A stretch of 64,000 nucleotides of DNA from Nageia nagi (taxonomy: Eukaryota; Plantae; Pinophyta), in assembly GCA_050084985.1 (NCBI GenBank), contig JBITNC010000002.1, positions 9,920,001-9,984,000 on the forward strand, read 5' to 3'. A model generated the notes under the pieces. The model did not search any database and was not told the origin of the DNA. It was given only the letters and a program-made list of their open reading frames with translations. How positions within the stretch are numbered: position 1 is the stretch's first letter; each line of letters opens with the position of its first letter. Positions 26,601 to 40,735 of the stretch are shown one piece after another. The translations under genes and the position numbers were made by a program.

Positions 26601-27986
26601 TAAATAGGAATGAGTATCACTTTGTTAAGGAAGGTAGGAAATTTTTAGTAAGATATCATATGAGAAAAATTACAAATTATACCCTCATCATGAGAAATAC
26701 AAAGTATATTATCAATAATTCTATAAAACTAACACTTATGATGGTAAAACATCAAGGGGATAAATAGTCATTAGTTCAAGTATAGTGTGATCATATTGTG
26801 GGAAAAAACCCCAAATTAAGAAGAGAAAAAAGGATTTGTATTATTATATAAGTAATTGTAAAAAAGGCAAGAATAAGAAACCAAGAATAAGGGGAAGAAG
26901 AGTGGGTGTGCAAAAAGATGCAAAACTTCACCACCCGTACATGCATGTTAAGGGATTTTTCTAAGAAATCCTTGGATTATTTCAACACAAAACATGGGTT
27001 AAACAATGTTATGTAATTCCTTGGGGACCTATTTTTCCTCATTATTATATATTTTAAGAATCTAGAGACTAAATTCCTTCTCATTATGGAGGTATGATCT
27101 AAAACTAGATCATAAATAAGTTAAGTGAGCACTAGCATTGGGATTCTTGAAGAATTAGGTGTTTCCACTTTAGTGGATCATGGAGAGAGGTGTTTGTTTC
27201 ATATAAGGTAGTACATAGACTTGATTAGAAATTTATATTGTGCCAAAATTGTCCCTAACCTTTTTACCCAACTATGAAACTAACCTTTTGACCCAACTAA
27301 GGACCCAAATTGGGTATCCTCGATGTGACTATAACTCAGAATACTACACTTAACAATAGTACTAATGTTGAGTTGAGCATTGATGTTAGGGTTATTCAAT
27401 ATTTTTGCCTTAAAATTTGGAGATTGAACTTAATGTTATTTTTAATCACTCATTATTACTTTATGTTCATATTTCCATGTACTTATCCTAGTGCCAATGT
27501 TGATGTAGAAAAACTTATTCATAGAAGTTGAAGTGGAAAGCCTTGTAACTATCTAGGATGCTTAGGTTTTCATAAATAGAAATCCCTAAGACTTCTTTAA
27601 TAATGAATATTGAATGTTCTATGCATATAAAAGATAGGTGAAAGAGACAACAACCATATTTCATGAACATACAGTAGAGAGTAGATTTTGTTATACAAGA
27701 AGAGTTATAAACCTAGGAGTTGTAAAACAAGGCATCATCTTGATTGAATGTAATATTCTTATGCAATTAATAAATTCCAAATACTCTGAATCCTATTGTA
27801 AATTTTATATTCTCCATTTTTCTTTGCTTAAATGTAGAATGAATACTATTTTGTAAGAGCAATTATAGGATAGTCATTACATTTGAGTTTGAAGACATGG
27901 AATATTGATAATAAAGAAAATATAAGTATTGAAATGTTTATTTGAAGATCATTTGAAAGACATAGGATTATGGTGATTATGCTCCA
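23688..27986 (+). mobile_element. Ty3/Gypsy LTR retrotransposon, gag+protease only (no RT/RNaseH/integrase), degraded
   Basis: Direct repeats ~23688-25115 and 27095-27986 (e.g. ggatcatggagagaggtg.ttgtttcat; tattttgtaagagcaattataggata). PBS TGGTATCA at 25118. Gag remnants (ATLKLEGH..LWE), CCHC knuckle at ~26042-26086, protease IDALVDLSSQVNL (~26324) and PYPLRWV. Purine-rich stretch before TG at 27095. Confidence 0.85.
24462..24965 (+). mobile_element. Solo LTR (504 bp) nested in the 5' LTR of the Gypsy element
   Basis: Absent from the 3' LTR, where the empty site reads gta-gaatg-aatactattttg. Starts TGTTGG and ends taata (decayed ..aaCA). Flanked by aaatg / gaagg (decayed 5-bp TSD gaatg). Internal CTATAAATAG. 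Homolog at 56544-57050. Confidence 0.8.
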
Positions 27987-29479
27987 AAATATGATCCTAA
28001 ATAATATTTATGCTCCAAGCTAAGCTCCTAAATAATATTTATGCTCTAGAATAAGCTCCTAAATAATATATTTTATAGTATTGGATCACTCTTTTGGTGT
28101 CATCTAACATATGAATATTATATGATGATTTTAATATGTTTAAAAAAAACTATGATTTTAATATGTTTAAAAAAAACTAATTGACAAGGTTGTCCATATC
28201 TTTATGCCTTGGTGAATGTGAGAATTATGGTACAATTTAATAAAAAATACATTAGGCTTATTAAACATTCATTCCTATATTTTACAAACTAGTTTTGGAA
28301 ACCATTGACTATATTCCTAGTCTAATGAACATAATTAGGATAATAGAAAACTTATATAACATGATTATGCAATGTTATCTTATAGAAAATCTTTCACCTT
28401 TCCAATCTTCTCTTTTGTATCTCTTTTTTTAGAGGCAATTCCAAATATTGTACCATGTAATCATTTTTTATATAAAATATTCCTCAGTCTAATCCAAATA
28501 GTTCAAATCTTAATTTTTTTTAAGTCATCCCTTCTTCAACATCCTAAAATAGTGCTTCAAATAAATAGAATCAAGAATTTGGTTCCTCTCCCTATTGGAT
28601 ATAATATATTGATAGTGTTGACATTTAAGTTTTTCCACCCTTAGGCGAACTTATTAAGTGTGGGTTATATTAGATTGTTAATTGTTATATCTTAATGTAT
28701 TGTTATGAATTTCTTCTCATGTACCTTTTCTTTCTTTTTATGCAAGGTATCCCAGTATCAACACTAGCCTATAGACATGTATTGTAGGAGTTTTATTTCC
28801 TATAAATGGAGGATTAATATACATGAGGAGGCTATCTGATCTTGATCTTGATAATCACACTCAATTACTACTTTTAGGTGTTCTTCAACACCACCTATTA
28901 AGATTGATATTTTATATCACACAAGCTCTATCATTCTTCTATTTTGCTATTATATGCTATATTAGGCTTGTTGATCATTATATTGATGTTGGATCTTATT
29001 TGTGAATATTAAGTCATAGGGATCCTAATGTGTAAATTTATATGAGCATGGATGCCATCCCAAATGCGAGTCCAAATGTGGTTCATTCCATCTCATTTTT
29101 TTCAAAGGTTTGTAATATTGAGATCTACATTATTGATAAGTTTTGATCTGCATATCACTTTGGTTTTCAAGGTAAGGTGAAAAGGATTTATCTTTCTCAA
29201 TTAGGTTGGTTAATTATAGATCTGATCTAATAATCTAAGTTTATGATTTATATATTTGCATTTTTATTAAAATACATTATATTATTATCATTTATTATTA
29301 TCTCACTATTAATATTTGTTATCATTAATGTTAATTTTACCTTAGTTCCATATAGGTTAATATTAGAGGTGACTAAAAATATCCAATATATTGGCACGCA
29401 CCTTTTATTTACATTTTGTTTAAATATCCATCTCTTTGTTAGGGTTGAAATATTTTCTTTCCAAATTGACCACATTTTT

Positions 29480-31450
29480 TACAAAATGTCAAATGTAAAG
29501 ATTTCTTGTGGTCCTACTAATGATGCATGCAAAGATGCTCTAAAGAGGATAAAAGTTAATAAAAATGATAACAAGTGAAAGGAATTAGAGGAAACATCAA
29601 CTTGTTGAATCTAGAAGACTTAGCCATGATGAATCATTTGTTGAATCTTATCAAGAGAACATGTAAGAGATTCCTTCTTATTGTGAAAGCTCTACAACAA
29701 GTTCAAGTAGTTCCAAGAGAGCAATTTACAAAGAGATTCATATTGATGATGAAGATCCTAAAACCCTAATAGATCAATAACAGAGACCCTTATCAAAAAA
29801 TAAGAATAGTGTGAAAGCTTTGAATGATGATGATACTCTCATATAAGTTATGAGCTCTAGAGAAAATATATGTTGATTTAACATCTTTCTTAGAGAGTTA
29901 CCTATTACAAAAAGGATTATTTGGTTATTTTTATTGAATAATATGAAGAAGTGATTAAGTGAATATCATTATGGCATTATAAGGAGCTTTCTTTGCAAAA
30001 TAATAAGAGTATAAATGCAATGATCACAACTATATGAAGGAAAAGTTTTAGGTTTTTATCATGAAGATCTAAAGTGCCGCAACTTATTCAATTCTTAAGT
30101 CTTGGAAATCCTAGTGCAAACACTTATATAAGCATTCACGCATATGTTTCCATTGAAATTATGGAAGAGGCTTATCCTATAGTCCTTGAAGTTTAAGTAG
30201 AGTTTGTTGATGAGAGAGAAGTGCTTATTGTTGTTACAAAGCATAGTGTTGATGTTTTGCCTTAGGATACATTAGGGAAATTACTTCATTAGGAAGTTAC
30301 TAAAGAATAAGAAAATATTGAAAAATATATAAAAGAATATATAAAAGAACAATTAGTTTCCAATTTGACAATATTGAATATTTGGATGAATATGATTATG
30401 AAGATATTAATTTCAATGAATAAAAAGAAAATGAGGAGCCTATAGAACAACAAGCAAAATTACAGAAGGTAATGAATGAATATATTTCCCTATCTAGATT
30501 AGTCATCCAAATATAATAATATTGACATTATATTTCATCATGGGAAAGAAGGACCACATGTGGGATCATGGTTAACAAATTAAGTATTACAAAGCTTGGA
30601 TATAGAAAATTAAGGAATACCATGAAAAAAGAGTTAGTATCTTTGAACCTGTAGATAAGCAAGTCATGCAAGATACCAATGAAAATATCATGGATCCAAG
30701 GGAGAAGAAAATAAAAGAATTCCATTTTATGATTTCTCATGCTATGCATCCTAACATCAAATGGAGTGAAGAAGAAAAAGATATCAAATGTATGCAATTG
30801 TATAAATTCAATGAAGAGAATTTTCTCAAATTATCTTATGATAATATGGTATGGCATTGATGGAGGATAAAGATATTATAAGGGGATAATTTGAGTGCAT
30901 ATTCCCATATGTTCATGTCATTTCATTCTATTGCATTGAAGAAAAACCTAAAGCACAATGATTAGATCCAATTAAAGAGTAGGTTCAATGTAATCCTTTA
31001 TAGTTAGATCTCATTGAAGAAGATATTGTTATGATTTGAAAGGATATGAAAGAATTGGATATAAAACATATAAAGGAAGTGGAAAGTAACAATCCTTTGT
31101 GCATGATAATAAGGTTAAAGATTATTTAAACAAAGAAGGTTCTTAAGGACCTTTCAAAATATGATGGTAGTGGTGATCCAATAATGCGTGCACATATTTA
31201 TAGGGATGAATCTTCTTTGATTACAATGGATAAGGATTTGCATGTAAAATTATTTCATTTGAATCTAATGGGATAAGCCCTTCAATGTTTTAACAAGCTA
31301 CTATTCTATTTTTGGGTAACTTAAGAAGGCTTTCATCAACTTCTATAAAATGAAAATTCTAAAGGAGATCACATTCTTCGATTTGGTTCATATTAAGCAA
31401 AGAGAGGTATAATTAGTTGAGAAATTTATGAAATATTGAATAATAATTAT
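29480..31450 (+). mobile_element. Ty3/Gypsy (Tat/Ogre-like) gag-region relic
   Basis: ~31152-31300 translates to SKYDGSGDPIMRAHIY..KLFHLNLMG*ALQCFNKL, followed by IKQRE, a retrotransposon gag pattern. Upstream is purine-rich decayed coding-like DNA. The left boundary is approximate. Confidence 0.6.
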
Positions 31451-31587
31451 TATTAAAATACTCTAATATTATCTTTAAGGTAAATATTACCAAGGCTTAG
31501 CTCAAGCTCAACTATCAATTAAATTATTTCTTGTAATAATATGTTTTATAAATTTGGTACCAAGTAAAGGTTATAAATCTTTATGAA

Positions 31588-34500
31588 TGTTGAAAATTCA
31601 AATCACAACACTTCAAAATCTGACCTCTAAAATAAATTTCATTCCCCCTATTTTTAAACACAATCACATTTGAGAAATGCAATTGCATTCTAAAAATGTA
31701 GTCTCATTCTAGAAATGCAACTGTATTTTTTTGGGTAGTTTTAGTAATTTTTTCAGTGCACTACCCTTTCATTTTAACTTTATTTTTGGTAGTTATAAGT
31801 TTTTTTTTCCTCTTTTTCATTTTTGATAGTATTAGGGGATTTAAATTCATATTTTGTAAGTTTTCATGGGTTGGATTGATATATTATTATGAGATCAAGT
31901 AAATTGGCATTGAACTTATCATGCCAACTATTTGATAGAATGTATCCTTCCATTTTTACATGAATAAAGAATTGATTTCAATCCCATTTCTTGTTTTTTA
32001 TTCATATATGTATATGAATAAATGTGTTAAGTTTATATTGATAAAATTCATTTGGTATCAGAGTAAGAAGATCATGTTTTTTGGCTTTCAATAAGCTTGT
32101 GGAGTTTGAAGAAAATATTTTGGGTATTGTTGTAGAAGTTCTCTAATGGCCAACAATACAAACTCACTTGCAATACCTAATTCTAATGGATTAGATTATG
32201 AATACTGGAGCATCAAAATGATGAATTTTCTTAAAGGAAAAGACCTTTGAGGTATTTTAGAGGATGGATGTATAAAGACCTAATGATGGGATGCATTGGT
32301 TCATGATGCCAAGAAAATTATGAATGAGATAAGAAGAAGAATCCCCTTGGTCTTTCTCATCTACAATCAACCTTTAAAAATTCTATATTCAAAGGATTCT
32401 AGGATGTAAGACAACAAAAAAAGAATGTAAATCCTTTAAACAAGGCTAGTAAGGAAGTGTGAAGGTGAAAGAATTCAAGCTTCAAACCTTGAGAAGAGAT
32501 TTTGATATTTTCCATAAACAAGAGAATGAGAGTGTTGGTAACTATTGTGTGAGAATGGAAGCCATATTTTAAAAAATAACCACTTTAGGAGAAGCATTTG
32601 ATAAAGCACTACTTGTCAAGAAATTCTTGAGGACTTTAACACCAAAATGTTACAATATTTCCATTATTATTGAAGAGTTAAAAGAACTTTCCACCATGTA
32701 GTATGATCAATTTATTGGTTGTCTTACATCACATGAAGAGAGAATTTTTAAGAGATCAAGAGTTATCACAAGTTATAATGAAGAAAAAAAATTCTCTGCA
32801 AAAGATAATGAGGGAAATAATTATGGACATGGTAGAGATCAAGGTAAGGGTTCTAGAATAAGGGGTAGAATAGGAATAAGAGGAAGAGAAAGATGAAGAG
32901 ACCATAATTTAGAAGGTGATCAAGACCACAATACGAGAGGAGGATCCAATGCAAGAGGAAGAGGAAGAGATAAGAGGAATGTGCAATGCTATCATTGCAA
33001 TAGAGTTGGCCACTATGAGAGGGAGTGTAGGCTAAAATAAGCCTCTAATAATGGAAGATCATCCCATTATGGAGAGGAAGAATCTTATGGAGAACAAAAC
33101 TTGTTTCTTTCCTATGCAAAAGAGGAGTTGCATGAAAATATTTAAATCTTCATTTCTTATGAAAAGTAAGAAAATTTAAGTAATGAGACTTGGATCATTG
33201 ATAGTGGGTGCAAAAACCACATGACTAGTAAGAAGGATTTATTTTCATCTCTTGATCCTTCCTACAAATCAAGCATAAATATTGGGGATGAGAAGAGCTT
33301 GGATATGGTAGCAAAGGGGATAGGGATGTTCCTACAAAAAGAGGTTAAATAAAGGTAAAAATATATTTATTGTGCACTTTATTTGAAGCATTCTTTAATG
33401 TGTAATGGGGACATGCTTGAAAAGAACTATAAGTTGATTTTTGAATATAATATGTGCAATATTTTTGAAAAAAATAAAGGTGGTAGGCTGGTCATAACAA
33501 TCAAATTGACTAAGAATAAGCTTTTTCCTTTGAATTTTATTGAGAAAGAGGTAGAACTTGCTTTTATGGGTATTCAACATGAAGGTCATATTTGGCATTT
33601 GATATTTGGGCATTTGAATTTTCAAATTTTGAAGATGCTTTCACCACTTATTTATGGTTTTTGAAAGGTTGAAGACTACAAGGAGGTTTGTGAAGGTTAT
33701 GCAATTAGAAAGCATGCAAGGGGGTATTTTCCAAAAGGTGAAGCATGGAAGGCTTTATATCCTCTTGAATTGGTTCATAGTGATATTTGTGGACCAATGC
33801 AAACACAAAGTATGGGTAAAACTTCATATTTTCTTAATTTCATTTATATTTATCAAGGTATTCTTGGGTGTATTTCATCAAATAAAAAGATGATGTATTT
33901 GATTTCTTGAAGGAATTCAAAGATTTTATAGAGAATCAAAGTGGGAGCACCATTAAGTTTTTGAGGACTAATAGAGATGGTGAATTATTTTCTAATGAGT
34001 TTATTCAATTTTGTAGGGACTTTAGCATCAAGAGGCAAATAACCTCTCCCTAAACACCCCAACAAAATAGGGTTGTAGAAAGAAAGAATAGGAAATTGAT
34101 GGAGATGGTTAGGTGTATGATACAAACTAAAGGTTTTAGTAAGTTTTATTGGGTTGAGGCTATTAGGATTATTTTTCTTATTCTTGATAGAACTCCTACA
34201 AAGAGTTTGGAAGGTGTCACTCCTTATGAATGTTGGTTTGAAAAGAAACCAAATGTGAAGCATTTTAAGGTATGTGGGTTTGTGGCTTTTTTTCATTTGA
34301 ATGATGAAAATAGAAAGAAATTAGATGCAAAATATGAATATTGTATTTTTATTGGTTATAGTGAGCAATCTAAGGCTTATATTTTTTTTTAACCCAAGAT
34401 TATTGTGTCTAGAGATGCAATTTTTGAAGAAGGGGGAGTTTGGGGAAAAATCAAAAATTATGTATTGATGATGGTTTTATTCAAGATATTTTTTCTAATG

Positions 34501-36876
34501 ACCAAGAAATTATTTAGCCTAAACATGTTTCAAAAGTTAATGTGCAGCCCAAAAATGACAATTTTGGTTCTCCACCTTATATGAGGTTCTCAAGTCCATC
34601 TTCAATTATAAGAAAAAGCACTCCAAGTGCTTATTCACCTCCATCACTAATTGAAAATGTATAATACTCCAATAAAGGTACAAGAACAATTAAATACCAT
34701 CAACCACCCTAAACCATTGATATCAACTTCAATAGAAGATTGATAAGTAGCTAACATCAAGAAATTAATCAAGTTTTATAAATACTTATAAGTTTATAAA
34801 TGTATGGAGACGAAGCTAATGGTAAGCCTAAAGGTGATGTGGTAAATTATGCTCTTGTTTCTATTACTTCCAATGTACATGTTTCTAAAGTTGATGATTT
34901 TGAGCCTTCTTGTTTTGAACAAGCATGTTATAAAAAAATGTGGATGAATGATATGCATGAAGAGATATCTTCCATTATCAAAAATGACATATGGTATTTG
35001 TGTGATTTTCCTAAGTACAAGAAGCATTTTGGATGAAATCGGATTCACAAAATCATGAGAAATAGTGATGGTTCCATTGCAAGGTACAAGGCGAGATTGG
35101 TAGCTAAAGGTTTTAATCAAAAGTATGGCATAAACTATAAAGATACTTTTTCTCCTATGGCTAGGGAAGAGATAGTTCAGATAATATTTTCATTGTAAGC
35201 CCACAATAATTGAAGTGTGCATCATATAGATGTGAAGGGTGTATTACTTAATTGGAATCTTGAAGAAGAGGTGTATGTGGCAAAACCTCAATTTTTTGAA
35301 GTCCAATGCAAACAAGATTGAGTTTATAAACTAAAGAAGGTAGTTTATGGGAGGAATAAATATCCAAGAGCTTGGTATACCATATAATCAATTATTACTT
35401 CTAGAGGTGTGGCTTCCAAATAAGTAATATTGAGCATACTTTGTACTACAAGAAATAAGGTATAGATATTCTACTTATTTTCTTATATATTGATGACATT
35501 TTGTTTATAAGAATTAATCCTCATTTTAATGCATCTTTCAAGGATGAGATGAAAAAGAATTTGAAGTGACTAATATTAGTTTGATGAGTTACTTCCTAGG
35601 CATGGACGTACATCAAACTAGTAATGAATTTTTTCTCTACCTTGATAAAGAGATGTTGAAGAAGTTTAGGATGGATCCATGTAAGCATGAAGCTACTCCA
35701 ATGACACATGGAGAGTTTTTATGTATTGAATATGGGGCTGAAAAATAAAATAAAATAAAGTATAGGAGCATTATGGGGAGTCTCATTTTCCTTTTCAATA
35801 CAAGGCCTAACATTTTGTATGTAGTATATCTTTATTCTAGGTACATGGTTGATCCTTCTACATTGCATTTGAAGGATTCCCAAAGGATATTGAGGTTTGT
35901 ACATGGTATAATTGATTTTGGCATACATTACTCCTCTACTAAAATTTTGATATTGGTTGGTTTCAATAATAGTTATTGGGGGAATAATCTTGATGATCGA
36001 AAGTCCCATAGTGGAAATTGCTTCTCACTTTGATTAGGTTTGATCATGTGTAGTTCCAAGATACAATATAAAAATTCTTTTTCTTTTATTGAGTCAGAAT
36101 ACATTTCATTTACTTCAATAGGTGCAAAATCCTTATGGCTATGAAAGGTTCTTGAAGATATTAGTAAGAAGCAAGAAGGATCTACTACATGTTCTTGTGA
36201 CAACACTAGTGCCATTAAGTTGGCTTAAATCCATTCCATCATTTTTGATTAAAATATTTTTATATTAAGTAACATTTCATCTAATATTTTGTGGATAATA
36301 ATACAATCAAACTGATTTATTGTAACACCAAGGACCAAATGCCAAACATCTTCATAAAACAAGTTGGAAAATATTAGGTTTTGATACTAAGAGACTTGAT
36401 TTTCAACCCTCTGATCATCAAGGGGGTATGTTGCAAATTCAAATCATGACACTTCCAAATATAGCCTCCAAAGATAAATTTCATGCTCCCTATTTTTAAA
36501 TGCAATCACATTTGATAAATGTAGTTGCATTCCAAAAATGTCACTACGTTTTATCTAGGTAGTTTTAGTAGTTTTTTGGGTGCACTAGAATTTCACTTTA
36601 GCTTTATTTTTGGTAGTTAGAAGTTGATTTTTTCCCCTATTTTGATTCCATTAGCATTAGTGGATATAAATACATGTTTTTAAGGGTTCATTGATTATAT
36701 TGATAAATTATTATTGAGATCAAGTATATTAGCATTGATATTGTCATGCCAATTGTTTGACATAATGTATCCTTCTATTTTTTGCATGAATAAAGAATTG
36801 ATTTTAGTTCCATTTATTATTACTTATTCATATTTTTCTATGAATGAATGTATTAATTTTATATTAATAAATAGCA
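31588..36876 (+). mobile_element. Full-length but inactivated Ty1/Copia LTR retrotransposon
   Basis: 5' LTR 31588-32050 (TG..CA), PBS TGGTATCAGAG at 32053, gag from 32147, CYHCNRVGHYEREC knuckle (~32987), protease WIIDSGCKNHM (33191), integrase (LELVHSDICGPM; RKKLDAK..CIFIGYS), RT (YKARLVAKGF; LYIDD), RNaseH, PPT caagggggta, 3' LTR 36429-36876. TSD atgaa / acaaa (atgaa in the duplicated copy). Confidence 0.95.
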
Positions 36877-37596
36877 ACAAAATTTACAAATATCAATAAA
36901 TTAATACAAAAAATTGACTTTCTTAATATTAGAGATTAAATTTCAAAGGATTTTATCCAACATATTTGATCTCATCATAAGGTGGCTCGAATAAATGCTC
37001 TTTAGGAACTCAGAGATCATATCATTTCTCTACCTCCATATTCAAAGAATTTTTCTACCACTCTCATTAAATATTATCCTCTCAATTTTTCTCCCATCAT
37101 TAAGAAAATACTCTTTAAGAGTGTTAGGTAGTAGTACTTATCAAATTGTTAGAGTCTTAAAATATTTCTTACAATAAGTCTCTTACCATTAAGGAAATCT
37201 ATGAGGTATTCTCTTAGATATGAATGTATTAATTTTATATTAATAAATAGCAATGAAATTTACAAAGATCAATAAATTAATACAAAAAATTGACTTTCTT
37301 AATATTGAAGATTAAATTTCAAAGGATTTTATCCAACATATTTGATCTCATCATAAGGTAGCTCAAATAAATGCTCTTTAGGAACTCATAGATCATATCA
37401 TTTCTCTACCTCCATATTTAAAGAATTTTTCTACCACTCTCATTAAATATTATCCTCTCAATTTTTCTCCCATCATTAATAAAATACTCTTTAAGAGTGT
37501 TAGGTAGTAGAACTTATCAAATTGTTAGAGTCTTGAAATATTTCTTACAATAAGTCTCTTACCATTAAGGAAATCTATGAGGTATTCTCTTAGATA
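36845..37596. repeat. 376-bp tandem duplication spanning the Copia 3' LTR end and flank
   Basis: Copies 36845-37220 and 37221-37596, about 12 substitutions counted by eye. Confidence 0.95.
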
Positions 37597-38346
37597 AACA
37601 ATTATATTTCTCTTAATTTATATGGTTTCCTAAAATAATTCAACATCATTTGGCTTCTAATTGGGACCATGTGTATTAAGAAGCCATATTAACTAGCACT
37701 TTTGAATTTTTTATTAACAATCAAAATATTAAACTCCTTTTCAAATGTAGTTATATGGATTTTATCTCAAATCAGTGCCTAAAATTATTGTTGAATATTT
37801 CTAACAATGTCATTACTAAGGCCTTAGCTATTAGAATTCATCACATTCGCCTATTTATTATTTGATAAAAGAAAACATGTTTTGTCAATAATAAGTACAA
37901 TACAAATAACATTCTTGTTGTATGAGATGTTATACAATAGGCTCAATAGTCTACTAAACATACCTTATTACTCAAGATTGATTTTTAAAAAGTATAAGAT
38001 CATATTAAATGAGCATTTCATATTGGTAATACTCAATTCTTTAGGATTTATTAGTAGATTTATCAATTTAGTAAGAATACCATCTATTGGTACATATGTT
38101 ATGGTTAGAATTAATAAATATCAATATGATGTGGTAGGGATCTTTCATTCTATATAAAAGAGTTTCATTGTAGTACAGTCATTAAATGTTCATGTAACTA
38201 TAGGCTTTAGCCTCTTTACATATTAGTTACCTATCAAGTAGTCAAAAGAATATCCCTTTCCAATAGTTAGGTTAAACCACTTAATGGTCATCTTGTAAAT
38301 GAATTCTTTATCACTGCATATAATGATAAAACATCTTAAAAATAAG

Positions 38347-38349
<3 letters not shown>

Positions 38350-38426
<77 letters not shown>

Positions 38427-38432
38427 TATATA
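38350..38432. repeat. (TA)n microsatellite
   Basis: About 40 TA units with one C interruption. Confidence 0.98.
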
Positions 38433-39769
38433 GGTCCTTTTTATTGAATAAAATGATATAACTCCATTTGTTACAAAAACAATATGAATTGCCTCTTTTA
38501 AAGTACCCTTCTTATCTCTATACAAAATGAATTAAAGCAATGCAATATTTACATTTGTTGGGATTCATTTTTCATTATAGATATCCCCTCCTAATATTTG
38601 GAATTATGTCACTTGGAGAGTTTATTCCAAACTTCTCCTATTGGGTGATAAAAAAGATCTCTTTGGAAAGCAATTTCCAAATTTATTTTAAAAATTGTAA
38701 TAACATCATATCTCTTCTCATTCATTGTGGAAGGTTACTTCTAAGGGTTATTACCAAACATCATAAAATCTTATTCAAAAAATTTTATACTCTATTTCTT
38801 GTCTATTTTAATGCTTTTATATAGTTGTTTATGGAATTTCTTTCATCCCTAAGAATTGTTTATACTATCAACACTAATGTACAATGCTCTGCATAAAATT
38901 GATTACATGAGCACTTAAGATTTATGAGGCTTGAAAAATTATTGATATATATTTGATCTAATTTTGTTTCCCTTATGGATTCAAGGAATGCAAAGAGGTG
39001 TATTTTCTCACCTTTTTCTTACTCTAGTGCTTATCAAAATCACTAGCTCCTTTATCATCAACAGTATCTAGAAAACTTGGGAAATGATAAATCTTATATA
39101 TATAGGTCCTTTTTATTGAATAAAATGATATAACTCCATTTGTTACAAAAACAATATGAATTGCCTCTTTTAAAGTACCCTTCTTATCTCTATACAAAAT
39201 GAATTAAAGCAATGCAATATTTACATTTGTTGGGATTTCATTTTTCATTATAGATATCCCCTCCTAATATTTGGAATTATGTCACTTGGAGAGTTTATTC
39301 CAAACTTCTCCTATTGGGTGATAAAAAAGATCTCTTTGGAAAGCAATTTCCAAATTTATTTTAAAAATTGTAATAACATCATATCTCTTCTCATTCATTG
39401 TGGAAGGTTACTTCTAAGGGTTATTACCAAACATCATAAAATCTTATTCAAAAAATTTTATACTCTATTTCTTGTCTATTTTAATGCTTTTATATAGTTG
39501 TTTATGGAATTTCTTTCATCCCTAAGAATTGTTTATACTATCAACACTAATGTACAATGCTCTGCATAAAATTGATTACATGAGCACTTAAGATTTATGA
39601 GGCTTGAAAAATTATTGATATATATTTGATCTAATTTTGTTTCCCTTATGGATTCAAGGAATGCAAAGAGGTGTATTTTCTCACCTTTTTCTTACTCTAG
39701 TGCTTATCAAAATCACTAGCTCCTTTATCATCAACAGTATCTAGAAAACTTGGGAAATGATAAATCTTA
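38424..39769. repeat. ~673-bp near-perfect tandem duplication anchored at the (TA)n tract
   Basis: Copies 38424-39096 and 39096-39769. Only a 1-bp indel (gggattcatttt vs gggatttcatttt) was seen. Confidence 0.95.
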
Positions 39770-40735
39770 GGTAAATAGTAGAAATTGAATGATGTTAAGA
39801 ATTGTTTATCTATTTTTTTCAATTTATTTTATATTGCATGTATTGAACTTTTATTTCATCCAATTTATAGAGGCCCATTAGATTCCTACATGAAAAATCT
39901 ATAAGTAAGAAATTTACATGGTTATTATTAGCAATCTACATATTAGTTATCCTAGGATTACTTGAAAATATCCTTGAAATACAAAAATTAAAATAAGGAT
40001 ATGATTAAAAAGGATTGTGGAGAGATTAGAAGTAGCAAATTGATACTATTGAACTTAATTATTAGGCTAAATATTTTCTTATCTTTTCTAATATCTAATC
40101 ATTATAAAAGTGAATGAATGATGGAATATAAATTTACCTTAGAAAATATGTGCTCGATGACTTCAAATAGTATTGGTTGTTTACTTGGAATCAAAATAGG
40201 CAATCTTGGATTGGATTGCAATGCTTCATGCATTACTAGTGCTTAACCATGTCAAAAATCCTCAAATTAAAAACCTTATTTTTCCTTTTTATCAATCTCT
40301 AAAAGATGTTAAACATCTCTTATGGATCTCAAATATAACACAGGATGCCTAGAGGTAGATATTTTAATATTTCTTTTTTTTTACTAAAATTGGATAAATT
40401 GATATTAATAAAAAAAACTAGAGTTTTGAAAGGGTATTTTCCCCTTGTAAAAAATTGAGTCATCTACAATACGTATAATATATACAAAAAAAAATATCAT
40501 TATCCATATATCATTGAAAATACAACAATATTATAATCCTTCTCTCACAACTAAACACAACACCTAAGATTCTTACATAGATCATACTACAAAACATAGC
40601 TAGTATTAATAGACTTCCAGAACAAAATATATCTAAAAGGATTTTAAATATTTAACTACCTCATGTCTTGTGGGATCTAATTATCTTTTCAATGAATACT
40701 ATCATTCTGTTAAACTCCCCAAATTATTATGCAAT

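Noticed and set aside
38540-39497. Duplicated 94/72-aa ORFs as a tandem gene pair
   Set aside because: They lie in the 673-bp duplication of decayed repeat DNA, with no motif, splice or promoter support.
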